Shown: positions 50,201-63,560 of the stretch, one piece after another
How positions within the stretch are numbered: position 1 is the stretch's first letter
Layout: every line of letters begins with the position of its first letter
Assembly (NCBI GenBank): GCA_051362555.1
Contig: CM120643.1
Location: forward strand, 17,302,848 to 17,366,847
Source of the DNA: Lingula anatina
Taxonomy: Eukaryota > Animalia > Brachiopoda
DNA: 64,000 nucleotides
Direction of reading: 5' to 3'
Notes under the pieces: generated by a model
Database searches by the model: none
The model's input: only the letters and a program-made list of their open reading frames with translations
What the model was told of the DNA's origin: nothing
Made by a program: the position numbers and the translations under genes

Positions 50201-52693
50201 CAACTTCCCCCCTCCCCCCAATGACCTATATCAAATGACCTATATAAAATTATTATTTTTGTCTTGAAAATCTGTTACAATTTATTTTTACACATTTCAT
50301 CTCGTAGTTGTGTATAGCTTGTCAGTCCCCCCCCCCCCCCCAACCCCAATCTGCCCCACGTAAGAAAGTGTCACTGAGTTTCTTTATAGTGTTACCTACT
50401 TTGGCAGGTCCATCAGTAGTCTCATGCTTTTCCTTTAGAACCCCTTAAAGTACCAATACAGTTAACTATATTCTACTGGGTAATATTTGAGAAGTTGTGA
50501 TTTAATTTAGGTTTAAGGGCTTCTTATACCAAGTTCATATGAATATTTTTTTCAGACATGGAGGAGTTGCAAAAGCTTCAAATGTTACATAGAGACGTTG
50601 GTGTCTCTCCTTTTCGCTGTTTCTTGGTTCCAATAGTTCAGGTGATTTGGATATAAGTGAGCCATTAACTATCTTGTGAATTGTTGAGAAACTAGATTTA
50701 GCAAGATTTTTATCTCTTTCTTCCATTGATAATTTAAATCCTACATAGAGTAATTTTTTCATTAACAAGACTGTATTGTATGGGCCAGTATGAGTTGAGG
50801 TAAATCCATTGATTGGCTTTATTTCATAATAGAAAAGCAAAAATTTTGCTTTCTAAATTAGAAAGCAAGTGTTATAGTGATATTATGATCTCCTTTTTTT
50901 AACCTATGCACTTGTTTTCTAGGTACCAATTTTTCTATCGGTGTTCAGTGCCATGAGGGGAATGGTCTCACTGCCAGTGGAGAGTTTAAAGATGGGAGGT
51001 TTGTGGTGGTTTAAAGATCTGACTGTGGCGGACCCAATTTTTGCACTGCCGTCTGCAACAGCACTGACCATGTGGTTGACATTAAAAGTATGGACTGTTG
51101 TGGAAACTTTAACATTAAGTTGATCTAAGATTAACAATATAAAATTCAGACCTTGTAATGTTTATTATTAATGACATTTACCATTCTTGCCAATTTATTT
51201 ACTCTTTAGAAAAAGACTAGCTGGTTTATTTGTCTACCCCTGCAAAAGGCTTTTTATGTATTTCATGAATTTAACGTTTTTTTTTAATATGTTGAAACGG
51301 AATATACAGTCACAGGCTTGATCCAATTGACTTTGTACTTATTTAATACCAACCTTTTTTTAATTCATTTTTTTTTCATGGGAATATATTTTTAATAATT
51401 TAGTTGAGGTGCAGGTAAAAATCTAAATACTGTACGGACACTGTGTACCTTGTAGTGACCTAGAAAATCCCATTTTTGGAATCCAAATTTTTTTGTAGCA
51501 AGTGACTAGTTATTAGAAGTCACTTCTTGGCTGTTGCTCTAAAGATCTTGCTTCTTCCCTGCATTTCAGCTGGGTTCAGAAGCTCCCCCGCTAGATGTTA
51601 ACGCGCAGAAGATGCTGAAATATTTTCTGTATGGTATGCCAGTGATGTTGTTTTGTGTTACAGCAACATTTCCCTCAGTAAGTAAAAATTAGTGGTTCAG
51701 TTATGTTCAGACCCCAATATAAGTAATAGTGATCTTGACCAATGCTATTTGTTCCATGGGTTATGACATTGGTCAATATTTTGTTTGACTAAAGTGTCAG
51801 CAGTGGAAGTATGTAATGAGTTTTGATTATCAGATCTCAAATTCTATGCTAATTGTATAATAAAAATAGTATTTGCTGTATTTGCAGGCCATGCTGGTAT
51901 ACTGGTTCACTCAAAATGTCATCTCCCTATGTCAGGGGGCAGTACTCAAAATTCCTGCAGTAGAGACCAAGCTGAAAATGCCTAAACTAATCAAACATGA
52001 GGCACAGGAGAATGCTGAAACTCCATGGGGAAAAAAGGGGTTTAAGGAAGCTTATCAAGAAGGTGAATTTTATCAAGTTGTTTCAAATTTTGTTCCAATA
52101 AACTAACATGTTTTGAGCTATTAAGCAAAAATATTTTTTTCCTCCCTTGTTCAAGGCATTTACAAATTAATTGAGGATTAATAGTTACGATTCGTTGAGC
52201 CTTAAACATCTGAAAAAAAAAAGAATATAACATCATTGTTGGTACAGTTATTAGCAGCCCCGTGGGTCCCATGCATATAAGTATTCTGCACAGGCAGTTC
52301 CATTGCGTGATTGACGTTTGTCTGGATAGAAAGTCTTGAAGCTTATTTGGGAATGTTATTAATGAATTGTTCATTCATTTTTATGATTATTTTAAAAAAT
52401 CAATTTCAGCCATGAAACAACATAAAGTGTTACATGAAGTAGCACAGCGTCAAGAGATGGGGCAAAGTCAAGAGGACATAGTGAAGATGATGTCAAAGCA
52501 AAATTTTGCAGACCAGGGATTAAAAAATGAGACGCAGCAAATCAATGAAGAAATAGGGGAAAATGAGAAAAACAACACACTCAAACTGGATGAAAATGAA
52601 GATTTAGAAAAGTTTGACAGAAGTACTGTATCTGAAAAAAATGGATCTCAGAACAGAGATGATTTGAACGAGAAATCTAAATCAAGAAGATGA
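44206..52693 (+). CDS. OXA1L: Mitochondrial inner-membrane insertase OXA1L (YidC/Oxa1 family), 9 coding exons
   Basis: Exons 44206-44274 ([23 protein letters not shown]|gtaagt, phase 0), 48586-48747, 49110-49326, 49906-50049, 50556-50641, 50923-51087, 51570-51677, 51888-52062, 52410-52693. Arg-rich mitochondrial presequence, [17 protein letters not shown]...[41 protein letters not shown]. Exon 1 is inferred. An alternative in-frame ATG lies at 48595. Confidence 0.9.
44857..46620 (+). CDS. Intronless polypeptide N-acetylgalactosaminyltransferase-like protein (GT27 with C-terminal ricin-type lectin)
   Basis: Single ORF (44851-46620, first ATG 44857). Type II TM segment, [16 protein letters not shown], DxH (LDSHVEC), [27 protein letters not shown], Cys-rich beta-trefoil ending QRW. 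AATAAA at 46764-46769. Confidence 0.92.
   Translation: MYMNVQYRHKLYKSVNMMRMFLWAAAFFAPVLILKIRKRQPILEFPVEINSLEKHRIALDYKLYPDLFYTNRGKYTGLYLSWYRKMGKGGKKFVSDAGKWTGNAGYNHTLGDTIAVDRDIFDSRDDACRDIYDVDDFDIKSLPKASVVIPFHNEPLSSILRTLHSLLTRGPREVIKEVILVDDGSTNDKTCLKEPIEKAILTLPGVKLIRTVQREGSTKARLIGAAYVTGEVISYLDSHVECNRNWLLPILHHIHHHPTAVAMSLLDTIFGDSFNLQKSWLGSHGGFNWNLEFYWKPIPAELRKSLKNTDPIPSPIMPAGAFALRMDFFRQLGMLDPDMRIWGVDDVEFSFRAWQCGGRVEIHPCSRVGHIFRSVPYSFQDKPGKVIFHNAVRSAEVVLGPDYRKFFYGQAIHYDVSVNRTSLKERIQLKKNLNCKSFEWYMSNIIPEMPIPPNDAVFYERLENVGKSLCLEDSNGVPSLAECVSLKSSQMAYINKENQLRIGSKCLGQNKMDSKNNMDTRVQFVDCAESEFVFGWEYVKGRLENGGRCLDFVKENVVLSNCTGDEQPSQRWRFKYNFDWNKRLSYF
46932..47876. mobile_element. Non-autonomous DNA transposon derivative with an internal foldback (possibly ISL2EU/PIF-like)
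   Basis: AT|agagtcttttccacg ... cgtggaaaagactct|AT termini. Internal inverted arms at ~47018-47285 and ~47341-47591. Confidence 0.75.
49295..49542 (+). repeat. Four ~62-bp tandem copies spanning the OXA1L exon 3 donor
   Basis: ggggagct(a/t)tagcactgg..ctgaggttcaggccctc recurs four times. Confidence 0.9.
50110..50340 (+). repeat. Two-copy ~120-bp intronic tandem duplication
   Basis: aaattattatttttgtcttgaaaatctgttacaa..cacatttcatct occurs twice. Confidence 0.75.
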
Positions 52694-53313
52694 TGATGTT
52701 TTGCTATTTACTGTTAAATTAATAATATTTATTTTCTGTAATAGTATTGGTTGAAGACTGTAAGTCAGATTTACAGGATTTAACATTACTGGGAGTGTTC
52801 CCAGTTGGCAATACTTTTATCCCACAAATTTTCAAACTCATCTAAACATAGATCAAGATAAACATCTATTCATTCATTAAAGTTTTAACGTATTCCTCCT
52901 GTGTAATCATACTGAAAGAGAGTCGACCTTTGGTCTATTTACTACATCTTGATCTAACACTGTCCACTAGTGGTCAATGCAGATACTAGCAGAAAATTTA
53001 AAGGTCTGACGTCTATAGAGCCCTCCCCTTCTTTTTATGAAAATCCAACACATTCATTTTCAGACAAGATACCTATTAAAAGTACATGTCAGGTTACTTT
53101 TTTTTTTAATTATTTTTACCTGTGCAGATAGCAACAGACACCATAGTACTGACCTGAATTTGTTTTGTAAGTTTATTTTAATACCACACATTGCTAAAGA
53201 CAATATTATCTGGCATGGATATTTTCAGTGTATATTTGCACCCCACAGATTTTGTTCCTGGATGCCAGAGTCTAAAAATGCTGATGGACAACTCAGCAGA
53301 ACAAGAAGTACAG

Positions 53314-53453
53314 GGCTCCATAACTCGAAAGCATTGCGCATTGTGAATAGCAATAGCACATAGAGGCTACAATGTGGGGCGAGTATGGGCAAGTTATGGA
53401 ATCGAGACGCTTGTGCTCAGTTGCAATGCGCGATGCTTTCGAGTTACGGGGCC
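53314..53453. mobile_element. PIF/Harbinger-type MITE
   Basis: CAG|ggctccataactcgaaagcattgcgcattg ... caatgcgcgatgctttcgagttacggggcc|CAG. Confidence 0.75.
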
Positions 53454-54708
53454 CAGATAAGTAGACAATTTGGCCTGGATCCCAGAGTGTCGTTATTATC
53501 TTCTCAATCTCCATCCACATTGCTGGCTTGCAACATCTGTTTAATACTTGGCACAGGGCCATGATAAAAAACCTTGGTAATTTTCTTGTGTAAAAATGAG
53601 GCAATGTGCATTATAGCAGATGTCATTATAATGACTGGCCAAATTATTCAAATTAAAAATGGAGTAAAACAGCAAATCCAGGTGCAGGGATGGGTCAAGT
53701 AGTAATTCGTCGAAGGAGAAAATGTGCTTAGTTTACCCCAGAAAAATTCATCTTAGCAGGAAAATCCCATGATTTCTTTGAGAGAATCTGATATTTTATT
53801 TGTGGAAGAAAGTTGCTGACTTATAGTAATATGTACAATACAAAAACTATAAATAAAGAAAAGATAATTTTAAACCATCAGTCTCCAAATTAATTAATTA
53901 TATGTGTCCAGCCATGACAATTGTCATAGAAATCTTCTGAATAATGTAAATATTTCATTTATTAAATTACCCACACTGCATAAGGTGAATTGATCACTAG
54001 CTTGAAACCAAATTTAAGGCGGAATAATATTAGCAAACTTTTACTTTCTGATTTTCTTTTAAGATTTATAATCAAATATTCTATATTTTGAGAAAATAGG
54101 AAAAAATAGCATTTAGCAATTATTAATAAATTAAGCAAAATCATGTAATATATAATTTAAATTTTTATACATGCATATAAAAAGATATTAGCAAATATTC
54201 TATATGTTTTTAGATAATTAAAAAAAGTAATACACAAAATTTGTTACAATATTTAAAATTAAAGTGCGATCTATGTAAGTGCATATGATATTTTTTGTTG
54301 TTTTTTTAAATTAACTTATTATAAAGATCAAGTACCAGTGCGCCCGTTAAATAGCTGTAATTTTAGCGGGGTCTGAGATGGCCTGTTTTCTGTCATAATG
54401 GGGAACCTTGGATAGTTTTGCAACTAATATTAAAAAAGAATAGACCCATGCTGGCAAATTTTGCTTGAACTATAGTCCTAGCCTGTAGACTAGATCTGTG
54501 CGTAGAACTAGAAGTACGAGAACAATTTTGACCGCCCCCCCATCCCCCCCCCAAAAAAAATAGTCATTGTTTGTGCCACATTTTGGATGTAAACATTATT
54601 CGTTGAAACCAGGAATCAGGACATACACTTTTCTTTTTTCCTTTACAGAATAACAGCACAAGATGCAATGCTTTGTTTTAAATAGCGCCTTCTAAGCCAG
54701 GTACTCCT

Positions 54709-54743
<35 letters not shown>

Positions 54744-55150
54744 GTCATCGAAAATGCCTAAAACAGCAGTACTACTTCATGCAGCGGACTCATTGACTTG
54801 TCTTCGTGATGTTTCAAGTATGTCCATATAGATGGCGCAGTTGTCAGTTAACTATTTTCACTCCACTAGTCGCTTATCTCTTGCTTAAAACTATTGAAAC
54901 TCACATTTTACGACAAAAGAGGGTCATTGCATTATGTTTTGTGGGTCAATTTCTTGTGTGAGACAAATCCTTAACGAACTGAGACCTTGAGTGAAATATA
55001 ATGTCGGCTTGTCTTGTTTCTATAGTCGAGCGCAATATTTTGTTTCCATTGTCGCAAGGCATTTTGGGATACCGCAAAGGTTCACCAAACTTTTCGGATG
55101 TGTTTTGATTGTTCTGTCGATCAAAATCGGATGCAAACTCTTATTTAGCT

Positions 55151-58100
55151 ATGGAAAAGCGCGAACAGATACAGTTCTGTGCGTCTGGAGACGCTAAAGC
55201 GATTCTAGAGAGAGAGGATAAGAAGAAGGGGCGCTTGGCTCCAATGTGGACGCCAGGTCATACTCCGTGCATGGAAACCAAGACGGAGCTGGTGGAAATC
55301 CTTAATCATGGGTTTCAGTTTCATTCCTTCCTCTCTCTGGATACTGACAGTAAAGTTATCCGGGGAGAGATAATGAGTTATAGGCTGCTCAATAAGTCGG
55401 TGAAGAACACCATCCGCAGATTCGTCAACAGCAGTGGGCATCGATCGGTGAGTAGATCACACGGCCACCATACAATCATGTGTTCTTGAAAATGAGACTG
55501 AGCGAAGGTTTTCACTTGACTACGACTGTTACTTAGATTTGTAGCATATAAGAGCACTTCACACGAACTTTATTGAAAATAGCACACTAGTCTACCACAG
55601 TGTTAACACCTGAACAAAATCAGTGACTTGTTTTCAACGAGTGACCTCACATTATGTTTAGGTATCCAGTATTGAAAGTTGAATTTAAAATTTTCGGATT
55701 TTCCCTGAAGACTTAGTTTGCAGTCACTGAGCAAGAGTACATATGAATAATGCAAATGAAATGATTCAAAATAATGCAGCAAATGAAATGATTCAGAAAT
55801 AATGAAAACATATTAATTAAGTTTTACAAGCAATTATAACAATATCAGACAAATGTGATATTTATTCAAATTATTGAAATGCACATGTTTTTAGAGTAAT
55901 GGTAAATGCTATTTCCTTTTGCACACAGGTTGCCATAAAAATCATCAGCAAAAGGTTGGCACCAGCTGAATATTTGACTGAGACATTGCCCAAGGAGCTG
56001 AAAGGCCACAAGGTCTTGTCTCGCCAAAAACCATTTGTAAGTTTTGAATATCAAGTTCATTATTTAGTTTGATTTTGCTTTTCTACTAAACCTGTATATT
56101 TTTTCTTTAAATGTAAGACTGCCCTCTAGTGCTTATCATGTTTTTAAAAATAATTTTAAAAAGCTATTTCTGCAGTTTTATTTTTGAAACAACCATTTAT
56201 TTGTGAAAATTTAAGATATGAAACTATTTTTACATATTTACTGTATGTGGTGCATCAGTTTGTTTCTGAGTATTAGAACATAGGTGCATGTGCAGTGACT
56301 TGTGTGCTCTGATGCATTATATCTACATGTACCATTTTATACACATGTGGATGTATAGTTGGACTGGGGTGGGTCACTAATGGAAAGGTCTGGTGCACAA
56401 CACAACATGCATTCTGTACTAGTATTATGTGTGTCTGCATATGCAGAAACTGCAACCATGCATCTGGGGACATGGATCAAAATTCACTCTTATAGCTCTA
56501 CCATTATAAAATGGTCAAGGAAGACACTTTTGTTAAATATGCTTTTGCTTCTTTGTCTTGTTTTACTTGGTATGTTTTTGTTTCTGTTTTTGTTTTTGTT
56601 TTGTTTTTTTTTTTTTTTGTTTTTTTTTTTTGGGGGGGGGGAGGGAGAGAGATATATGGGTACCTCTGATGATGGTGGGGGAGGTGGCTGCAACTCATTG
56701 TGCCCTCCCTCCTCACTCCCTCCAGATCTACTACTGGGAATCTGTATGTATGTCTGCATGTGTAGTAACTGCATGTAAGCATGTACAGTACCTTTGCCTG
56801 GTTCAACAGCACATGTGTAAGCTACATATATGATGCTTGCCTAGTATAGATTTCCTGCACTTTTATATCCTTTTATTTTTGTATTTATGGGCTGATAGTA
56901 ACAGAAAATCACATTTTAGCCTCTCTCTTGAGGGAGATAGAGGGAGATCTCCCTAGTATGTGTGTGTGTGTGTTTGTGCATGAGTCAGAAGTGTGTAAAT
57001 ATCTCTATGTGTTTGAGTGCATGCATCAATATATGTATATATATATACTTGCCCAAGTACTTAATTATATGCATACATGTATGTGTAATGTGAATAATGC
57101 TTAATATTAGCATACTGTCTTTATTAGGTGCAGTTCTATGAAAAATTTGAGAACGAGAATTACATCTACCTGGTCACTGAGTTCTGTGAAGGAGGCTCAC
57201 TGCAAAACCTTGTGCCAACTGCCAAAGGCCACAGCAACCCCCAGGGTTCCAATTTCCCTGGTGCAAGAGTGAGTGAGAAACTGGCCAAGGTTTATTTTGC
57301 TGATGCCTGCAATGGAATTCTTACCATGCACAATGCAGGAATTGTGCACAGGTACTAGCTAGTACACTTTTATTTTACGTTTTTTGTGTTCTCACCTAAG
57401 GATTTGTTAGTTGTAAACTTAAATTCATATGTATTAACTATTTAACATTAAAACAGTAGGAGAGATGCACAGATTTTTACTCTGAACACATTTGATTGCA
57501 AAGTGTTAATTCAATTTGGCACATTCCCTCTCTGTACAAATTTACCTTGTATTCAATTTAAAACGGAATAAGTCAAAGTAAAGAGGCATTCTCTGCTGAT
57601 GTGTGAATGGCAGTGTTGCCTCATACTTCAACTTTCTTCATATTTATTTTATTTTTTTTTATTTTTTTTGTTACAGCCAAAAACAGTCTTCCAATCATTT
57701 TCATTCTCTTATTTGTCCATTTAGTCATACATTTTGATATGTTGGATTTTCCATTACTTTAATTGGCTTACTAGTTATTCCTTCTTGAGCTGGCTGATGA
57801 ATTGTTCTTAAACTATCCCTTTTTAGGAACATCAATCTGAAAAATATTCTGGTAGATAGTGGCCGCAATACCAGAATTAAAGGTAAAAACATTTTACTAA
57901 ACATTCTTGTAACTTTGGTGCATGCATAAAATGTTAAACAAAATATAACAAATGCATGGAAATTTAATCTGCAGCAAACAAATTTTTTTGTCATCTTTGA
58001 TGCCACTGTTTTATTGAATCAGTTTAGGATTACATACAGTAAGTTTGTTTTCTTATGACTTGGGCGATTTTTTTAATAATCATAAATTCCAATGAAATGT

Positions 58101-59144
58101 ATCCCATTTCCTGTAGTAGGAAAAATATCACTGTTTTACTAGTCGAAGGAATTATAAAAATTGCAGCTTGGTTAAAATTTGCATTTTATAATTATTACAG
58201 TGGGTGACTCTGTAAGATTGTTGGACTCGGGGGCTCTTTCAGTCAGGGTTGTAACAATGATATTAATCACTATTAAAACTCAAACTTGATTACTAAAACA
58301 ATAATAATTAAGGGATATGATCATGTTTTTACAGGGGTCTATTGTTACTAAGAATATTCATATGTTTATTATAATGGTAATTATTCATTTATTTCTTTAT
58401 AAAAATTAATCTTCATCATGCTTTATGCTTTCTTTTATTTTCGTAATGTGTGGCCAGGCTTTGGGAATATTGCCTTCTTTAAGTATGGGAAAAGACCCTT
58501 GTTTACTGGATATCAAGGCGACCCCTACTTCATGGCACCAGAAGTATTGAAGAATGAAAAGCATGACGCCAGAAAAGCTGATATTTGGAGCCTGTATGTC
58601 AAGCATTAGACTGTCTCAGAATTTAAATGTTTTTATTTAAGGCTGTTAATAGAACTAGTAAAGAAAAGAACTGTCTAGCATTAAATTATTAGTTTGAAGT
58701 TTTTAAAATTCTCTTAATGCAAAGCCAATTGGACCACTGTTAGTACTTTGGATGTTTTAAAATCCGTGACGTGCCTGTGGTGTGTTGTTTAAATCGACTG
58801 TAAATGTAGGTTTGACTCTCACCACCAGCCTAACCTGTGCATACAGGTGTATCAGCATCATCTTAATCATCATGTAAATCCTCTTCATGCATCTGTCACG
58901 TACTATTTTATTGATTTAAATTTATAACTATCATTATCTTTTACATATATACCACTGATTACATCCATTCCAGTGGTGTCGTGCTCTATGCCATGACCAC
59001 CGGCAGACTGCCATTCTACAAGCCTAATATGGAAGACCTCATTGAAGATATGGCAATGAGCAGACTAACTTTTGCAAAGGGAATGTCCAAAGGTAGGTAC
59101 ACATTAACTGACCCAAGGCTTTGTTGAACAAACCGGGGAGGAGT

Positions 59145-59186
<42 letters not shown>

Positions 59187-62028
59187 AAAGGATAAAGATT
59201 GTCTTGCCTTTCTAGATCTAAAATTGCTTAAAATAATAGATTGGGTCATTTTTACTAAAATCATGTGTAAGGCATAGGGAAGTGAAATCATTACTCTTTA
59301 TTTTTGGGGGCTAGGAGGGGGGTGAGGATTGGAGTAACTCCAAAGGTAGGAGCCTGCTGTGCCCCCTTTGCTTCCCCACCCCCTGGGTCCCCTATTGGTA
59401 TATTTGCATGTATGGATGGCATACTGATATTTGCTGGAATGCATACTGTAAAAACACTGTTTATAAACATACTTTTAAGTAAAAAGCATGAGAGAAGTGC
59501 ATGTGACAATTTTGCTCTGACATCTGCTAGTTTGTAGCTACTAGGAACTACTGGTAGTTTCTATACTCTCCATTTTTCTCTTTCTATCTTGGTCTTCTAG
59601 CTATCTTTTCCTTGTACTTCTTGCAACATTCTTCTGAATGATTATATTCTGAATTGTTTTTTTTTAAATTCTTTTAAAAATTCATTATAATAATGATTAA
59701 TCTCCTCTCTTTTGTACTGCTTACTTATTTTTTTTCTCGCTTCTTATTTTCTGTCCTTTTTGTGTTCTCTTCACCTATTCAAAGAGCTCATTAGGCTTGT
59801 GCGTAAGATGCTAGCCTCTGATCCTTCTCGCCGTCCATCCCTGAAGGATGTTCTGCAGCATCCTTGGTTCACTGGCAAGCCGGAGTCTCCCTGCAGTATG
59901 GCAGGAACTCCATCTCCAGTGAGTTTGCTTAGAAGTGAATGGACACGATTCAGAATTTATTTTAATGCAAATGTGTCATTTTTATTTTCTTTTAATTCAT
60001 TTGACATGCTTGTTTTTATTTATTGATACATTTATTTATCTATTTATCTTTTTAATATTTATTTTATTAGTTTTTGTTTGTTTATTTTTATTTATTTATT
60101 TATTTATTTGGTCTAAAAGCACATATTTCTCTTGACAGCACCAGGAAGAGGAGGATGAGTTCCCTTTTCCATGTATGGCCAACACTGCCAGTAATCTCCG
60201 TACTGAGCAGCTGAAAAGGGATTCTTCCACCGTTGTTCTGCGTAGAAACACCTCTCACGAATCAGTGGAAGTTGTCAAATTGAGGTCAAGGGTACCTGGC
60301 CATGGTCAGTATAGGTGTATTGGGTAGATGTAATTTGTTGGTGTGAACTTTTGTAATCCAAAATTTGATTTAACTGTTTGAGTGATGGATTCTTATTAGT
60401 TTCTTGCATATGTATCTATAAGGGTACTAAGTGGACTGGAAATTAAAATTTGAGTAATTTTCACTCACTCACACACACACACACATACACACACACACAC
60501 ACACACGAAAAAAAAAACATGAATACACTTATACACACACACACAGTCACACACACACACTCTTGAACACAACCACCCATGCACACACAGATGAACACAC
60601 ACACGTCTGACCAGCTTGAGATGTAGCAGATATATAAGTTGTTGTATCAATTGTTTGTTTCCTATTCTAGACAACCCATTGTACAAGGCAGGGCTTCTTG
60701 ACTTGACTCCCAGGGAGTCCAGGATTGCTTTTAAAGTATGTTTTAGAGACTGTTTTTGGGATTTCTGTCTTTTGAAGGTTTCTTAACTTTCTTTTAATAA
60801 TAATAATAATAAGTTTATTGAGCACTAGATGATATGAATACATTTGCAGGCTCTCTAGACTACATTATTTACACAATATATAAGGATATACAATTATATA
60901 TGTTTACATATGTAGTATGTTAAATTACACGTGTTAATGCATATTATGCTATAAGATTAATTAATTGATTTTAGATATGTCTCTAAAAAAAAAAAGGAAA
61001 AAAAAACATTGATGATTTTTCATAAATTTTGAAGTGTTATCTGCAATATTAGTGGTGAAGAATGAGGTAGTGTGTGTATACAATTGTTCGAAAACGAGTC
61101 TGTGAAAGCGATCGTCTGTTAGCAAACCCTCAGCCCAGAAAGAGCTTTACCACAAATTTTGGCATATGTTATCCCTACTAGATATTTAATAACCTTCATT
61201 TAAATTTCTTATTGTTAATTGTCATCACTTTTATTGTTATTGTCACAGTTATTATTATATTGTTACTGTCACTATTATTGTTATTATCACAGATATTGTT
61301 ATTATTGTTACTGTCATTGAAGGCCCCAGTGCCCCATGTTCCACACAGGCCTACAACCTGTAAACCTAGCGTTGCTCCTCAGAAGGCCCCACTCCGCCGG
61401 GCCAGCATGGCCCGCCCTCTCATCACACTGAGTGGCACCAGTATTAGTCCAACTGTGAAACCACTTGTCAAAGGAGCAAGCCTTGAACTGGAGATGAACG
61501 CCATCATTTCGTAATACATTATTTAAATATAAGAAATATATTTATGTTTGTAGGAAGGAAAGTAGTTGTTATTTCCACCTTTAAGTTTGCCATTTCTTGA
61601 ATAAAAGTTGGTAAAACCACAAACTTATAAGTGTGATAAAACAAACAAAAGATAAATGTGTCCATTTATTCATTTGTAAAAAATTAAAAATCTACTTCTT
61701 ATGGTGATAAAACATCTGGTAAAATGTAAAAAAAAAAAAATGTATTTTTCTTCATGAGCTTTAAAAGGAGCTTTTTTTTCAAGTGTGTTCTTTTGATTTC
61801 AGTCCCAAGTTCACTCCTGCTCCACCCCCCACACCAAAGCCAGGGTCCACTTTGCACTTGACCAGCAGGAGAGTACGCCCCAGGATTGACATCAAGCAGA
61901 GTATCGAAGCTCTGAGGCAGGCCACCAAGAATCCACCAGCGAGCATGCAGGATGCAGTGGTAAATGGGTGTGCCATGAACAAGGCCAGTCGCCCCAGAGT
62001 AGGGCCAAGAGTTCTCCGCAAACGCTGA
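55151..62028 (+). CDS. CAMK-group, TSSK-like serine/threonine kinase-domain protein (predicted pseudokinase) with Pro/Arg-rich tail, 11 coding exons
   Basis: Exons in frame: 55151-55447, 55929-56036, 57128-57351, 57827-57882, 58458-58593, 58974-59092, 59785-59918, 60139-60304, 60671-60735, 61323-61510, 61803-62028. Motifs VAIKIISKRLAPAEYLTETLPKE (TSSK-like), IYLVTEFCEGGSL, HRNINLKNIL, GFG, MAPE, ADIWSLGVVLYAM, RRPS..VLQHPW. Confidence 0.85.
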
Positions 62029-62629
62029 GCTCTCTCTTCCAACAGACTTATTTTTTATTTTATTGCCTTCTGATTATTAAATTATTGTATAAATTTGGAT
62101 TTTGTATAAAAATTTGGCAGCTGTGCTGCAATTATTTTGTCACACATGGAAATTAGCTTTTCTATTTTGGATAAAATTATTTCATCAGAATGGAAAAGTC
62201 ATTTATAGAATCACTATTATATGGATTTTCACATATAAATTATTATTTGTTGTGCTTTTAAAATTAATTTAAATTAAAATTGTAAAGTTATGGAATTTGA
62301 ATTGATGAAAGTTATTATTTAGTTTAAGGTCCAGTGGTGTACGTGCTAAATTGTAGTTTTGGAATTTATTCAAAATTATGTAGTTCAGTGTGGTTCTAAA
62401 TTGTAGTTACGGGATTTGATGAAAATTATGTAATTCAAGGTTCAAATAGGTTCTACTTTGTATTTATGACATATGATGAAAATTATGTACTTCAAAGCAA
62501 GCAAGGCCATAGAGGCAAGTTTGATTGTCTCGAATATAGTAGTTTTTGTGCAGTTTTTCACTACAAAGCACACTGTCATCAGCTAAGATTGTATGTGCTT
62601 GTGAACATGACAAGTCACTGAAGAATTAG

Positions 62630-63560
62630 TATAGAGCTGATAAACCAGCAATTGGCCTTGAAAGTTGACTTATCTGAACTATTTTACTACTGTCAACTAT
62701 GGGGAGTAATAACACAAAGACAAGGGCAACGTCAACAGCCATGTCCTTTTAGTTCCACTAAGCCACAAATGGACAGGGAGATAAAGCAAAAAGAACTCCC
62801 TGCAAATTAGCAAATAGCTGTCTGGCTGAAATACATGTACCAGTAAGCCATAACATCTACAGTACAACATCAAGAAAATGTTATGTAGAGTAACAAACAC
62901 AACTGGCTGAAATGTCTAACACAATAAAGACTGTGAACAGAAGCCCTAGGAGATATAAGACTGGAACTTCAAGAAAAATGCAATCTGCTTCTTTGGAGAT
63001 CCATAAAGTACATGAACAACTTTCAAATAAAGAGAAGCATTTTAGGGCTTTGAAAAAGACTCACAACACGCTCAAGAGGAAGCAATTATAGCAATTCTCA
63101 TGAACATCAGAAAACTGAAGACTTATAAGAGGGTGGATATAAACCTGCAATTGGCCTTATAAGTTGACTTTTCTTAACTTTTTTAACTCCGACAACTGTG
63201 GAGAATAAAGACACAAAGCGAAGGGCGACATCAGCAGTCACTTCCTCACTGTCCCTTCAAGACACAAATGGACAGGGAGATGAAGCAAAAAGAACTCACT
63301 GCAAAGTAGCAAACAGAAGTCTAGATGAAATCAGCCATAACATCCACAGCATCATGTACAGCAACAAATACCTGTACATTGTACAACTGGCTGAAATGTC
63401 TGATACAATTAAGAGTGCAGTAGCGGAAGCCGTAGGAGATAAAAGAATGGAATGAGATGGGCTTCTTTGGAGGTCTATGATGTACAAGAACAACTTACAC
63501 CTGTACAGATAAAAAGATTAGGTATAGGGCTTTGAAAACCCATTATAGAAGCCCAATGAA
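62630..63560 (+). repeat. Two diverged ~500-bp tandem units flanked by a degenerate ~60-bp minisatellite (62270-62500 and 63600-63780)
   Basis: gcaattggcctt..aagttgactt..cacaaatggacagggagat..aagcaaaaagaactc..caactggctgaaatgtct..tagggctttgaaaa occurs at ~62640 and ~63140. Confidence 0.75.

Noticed and set aside
59143-59184. Long poly-G tract (also poly-A runs at 10406, 14689 and 20847)
   Set aside because: Simple homopolymers, common in this genome. Their lengths may be sequencing artefacts.
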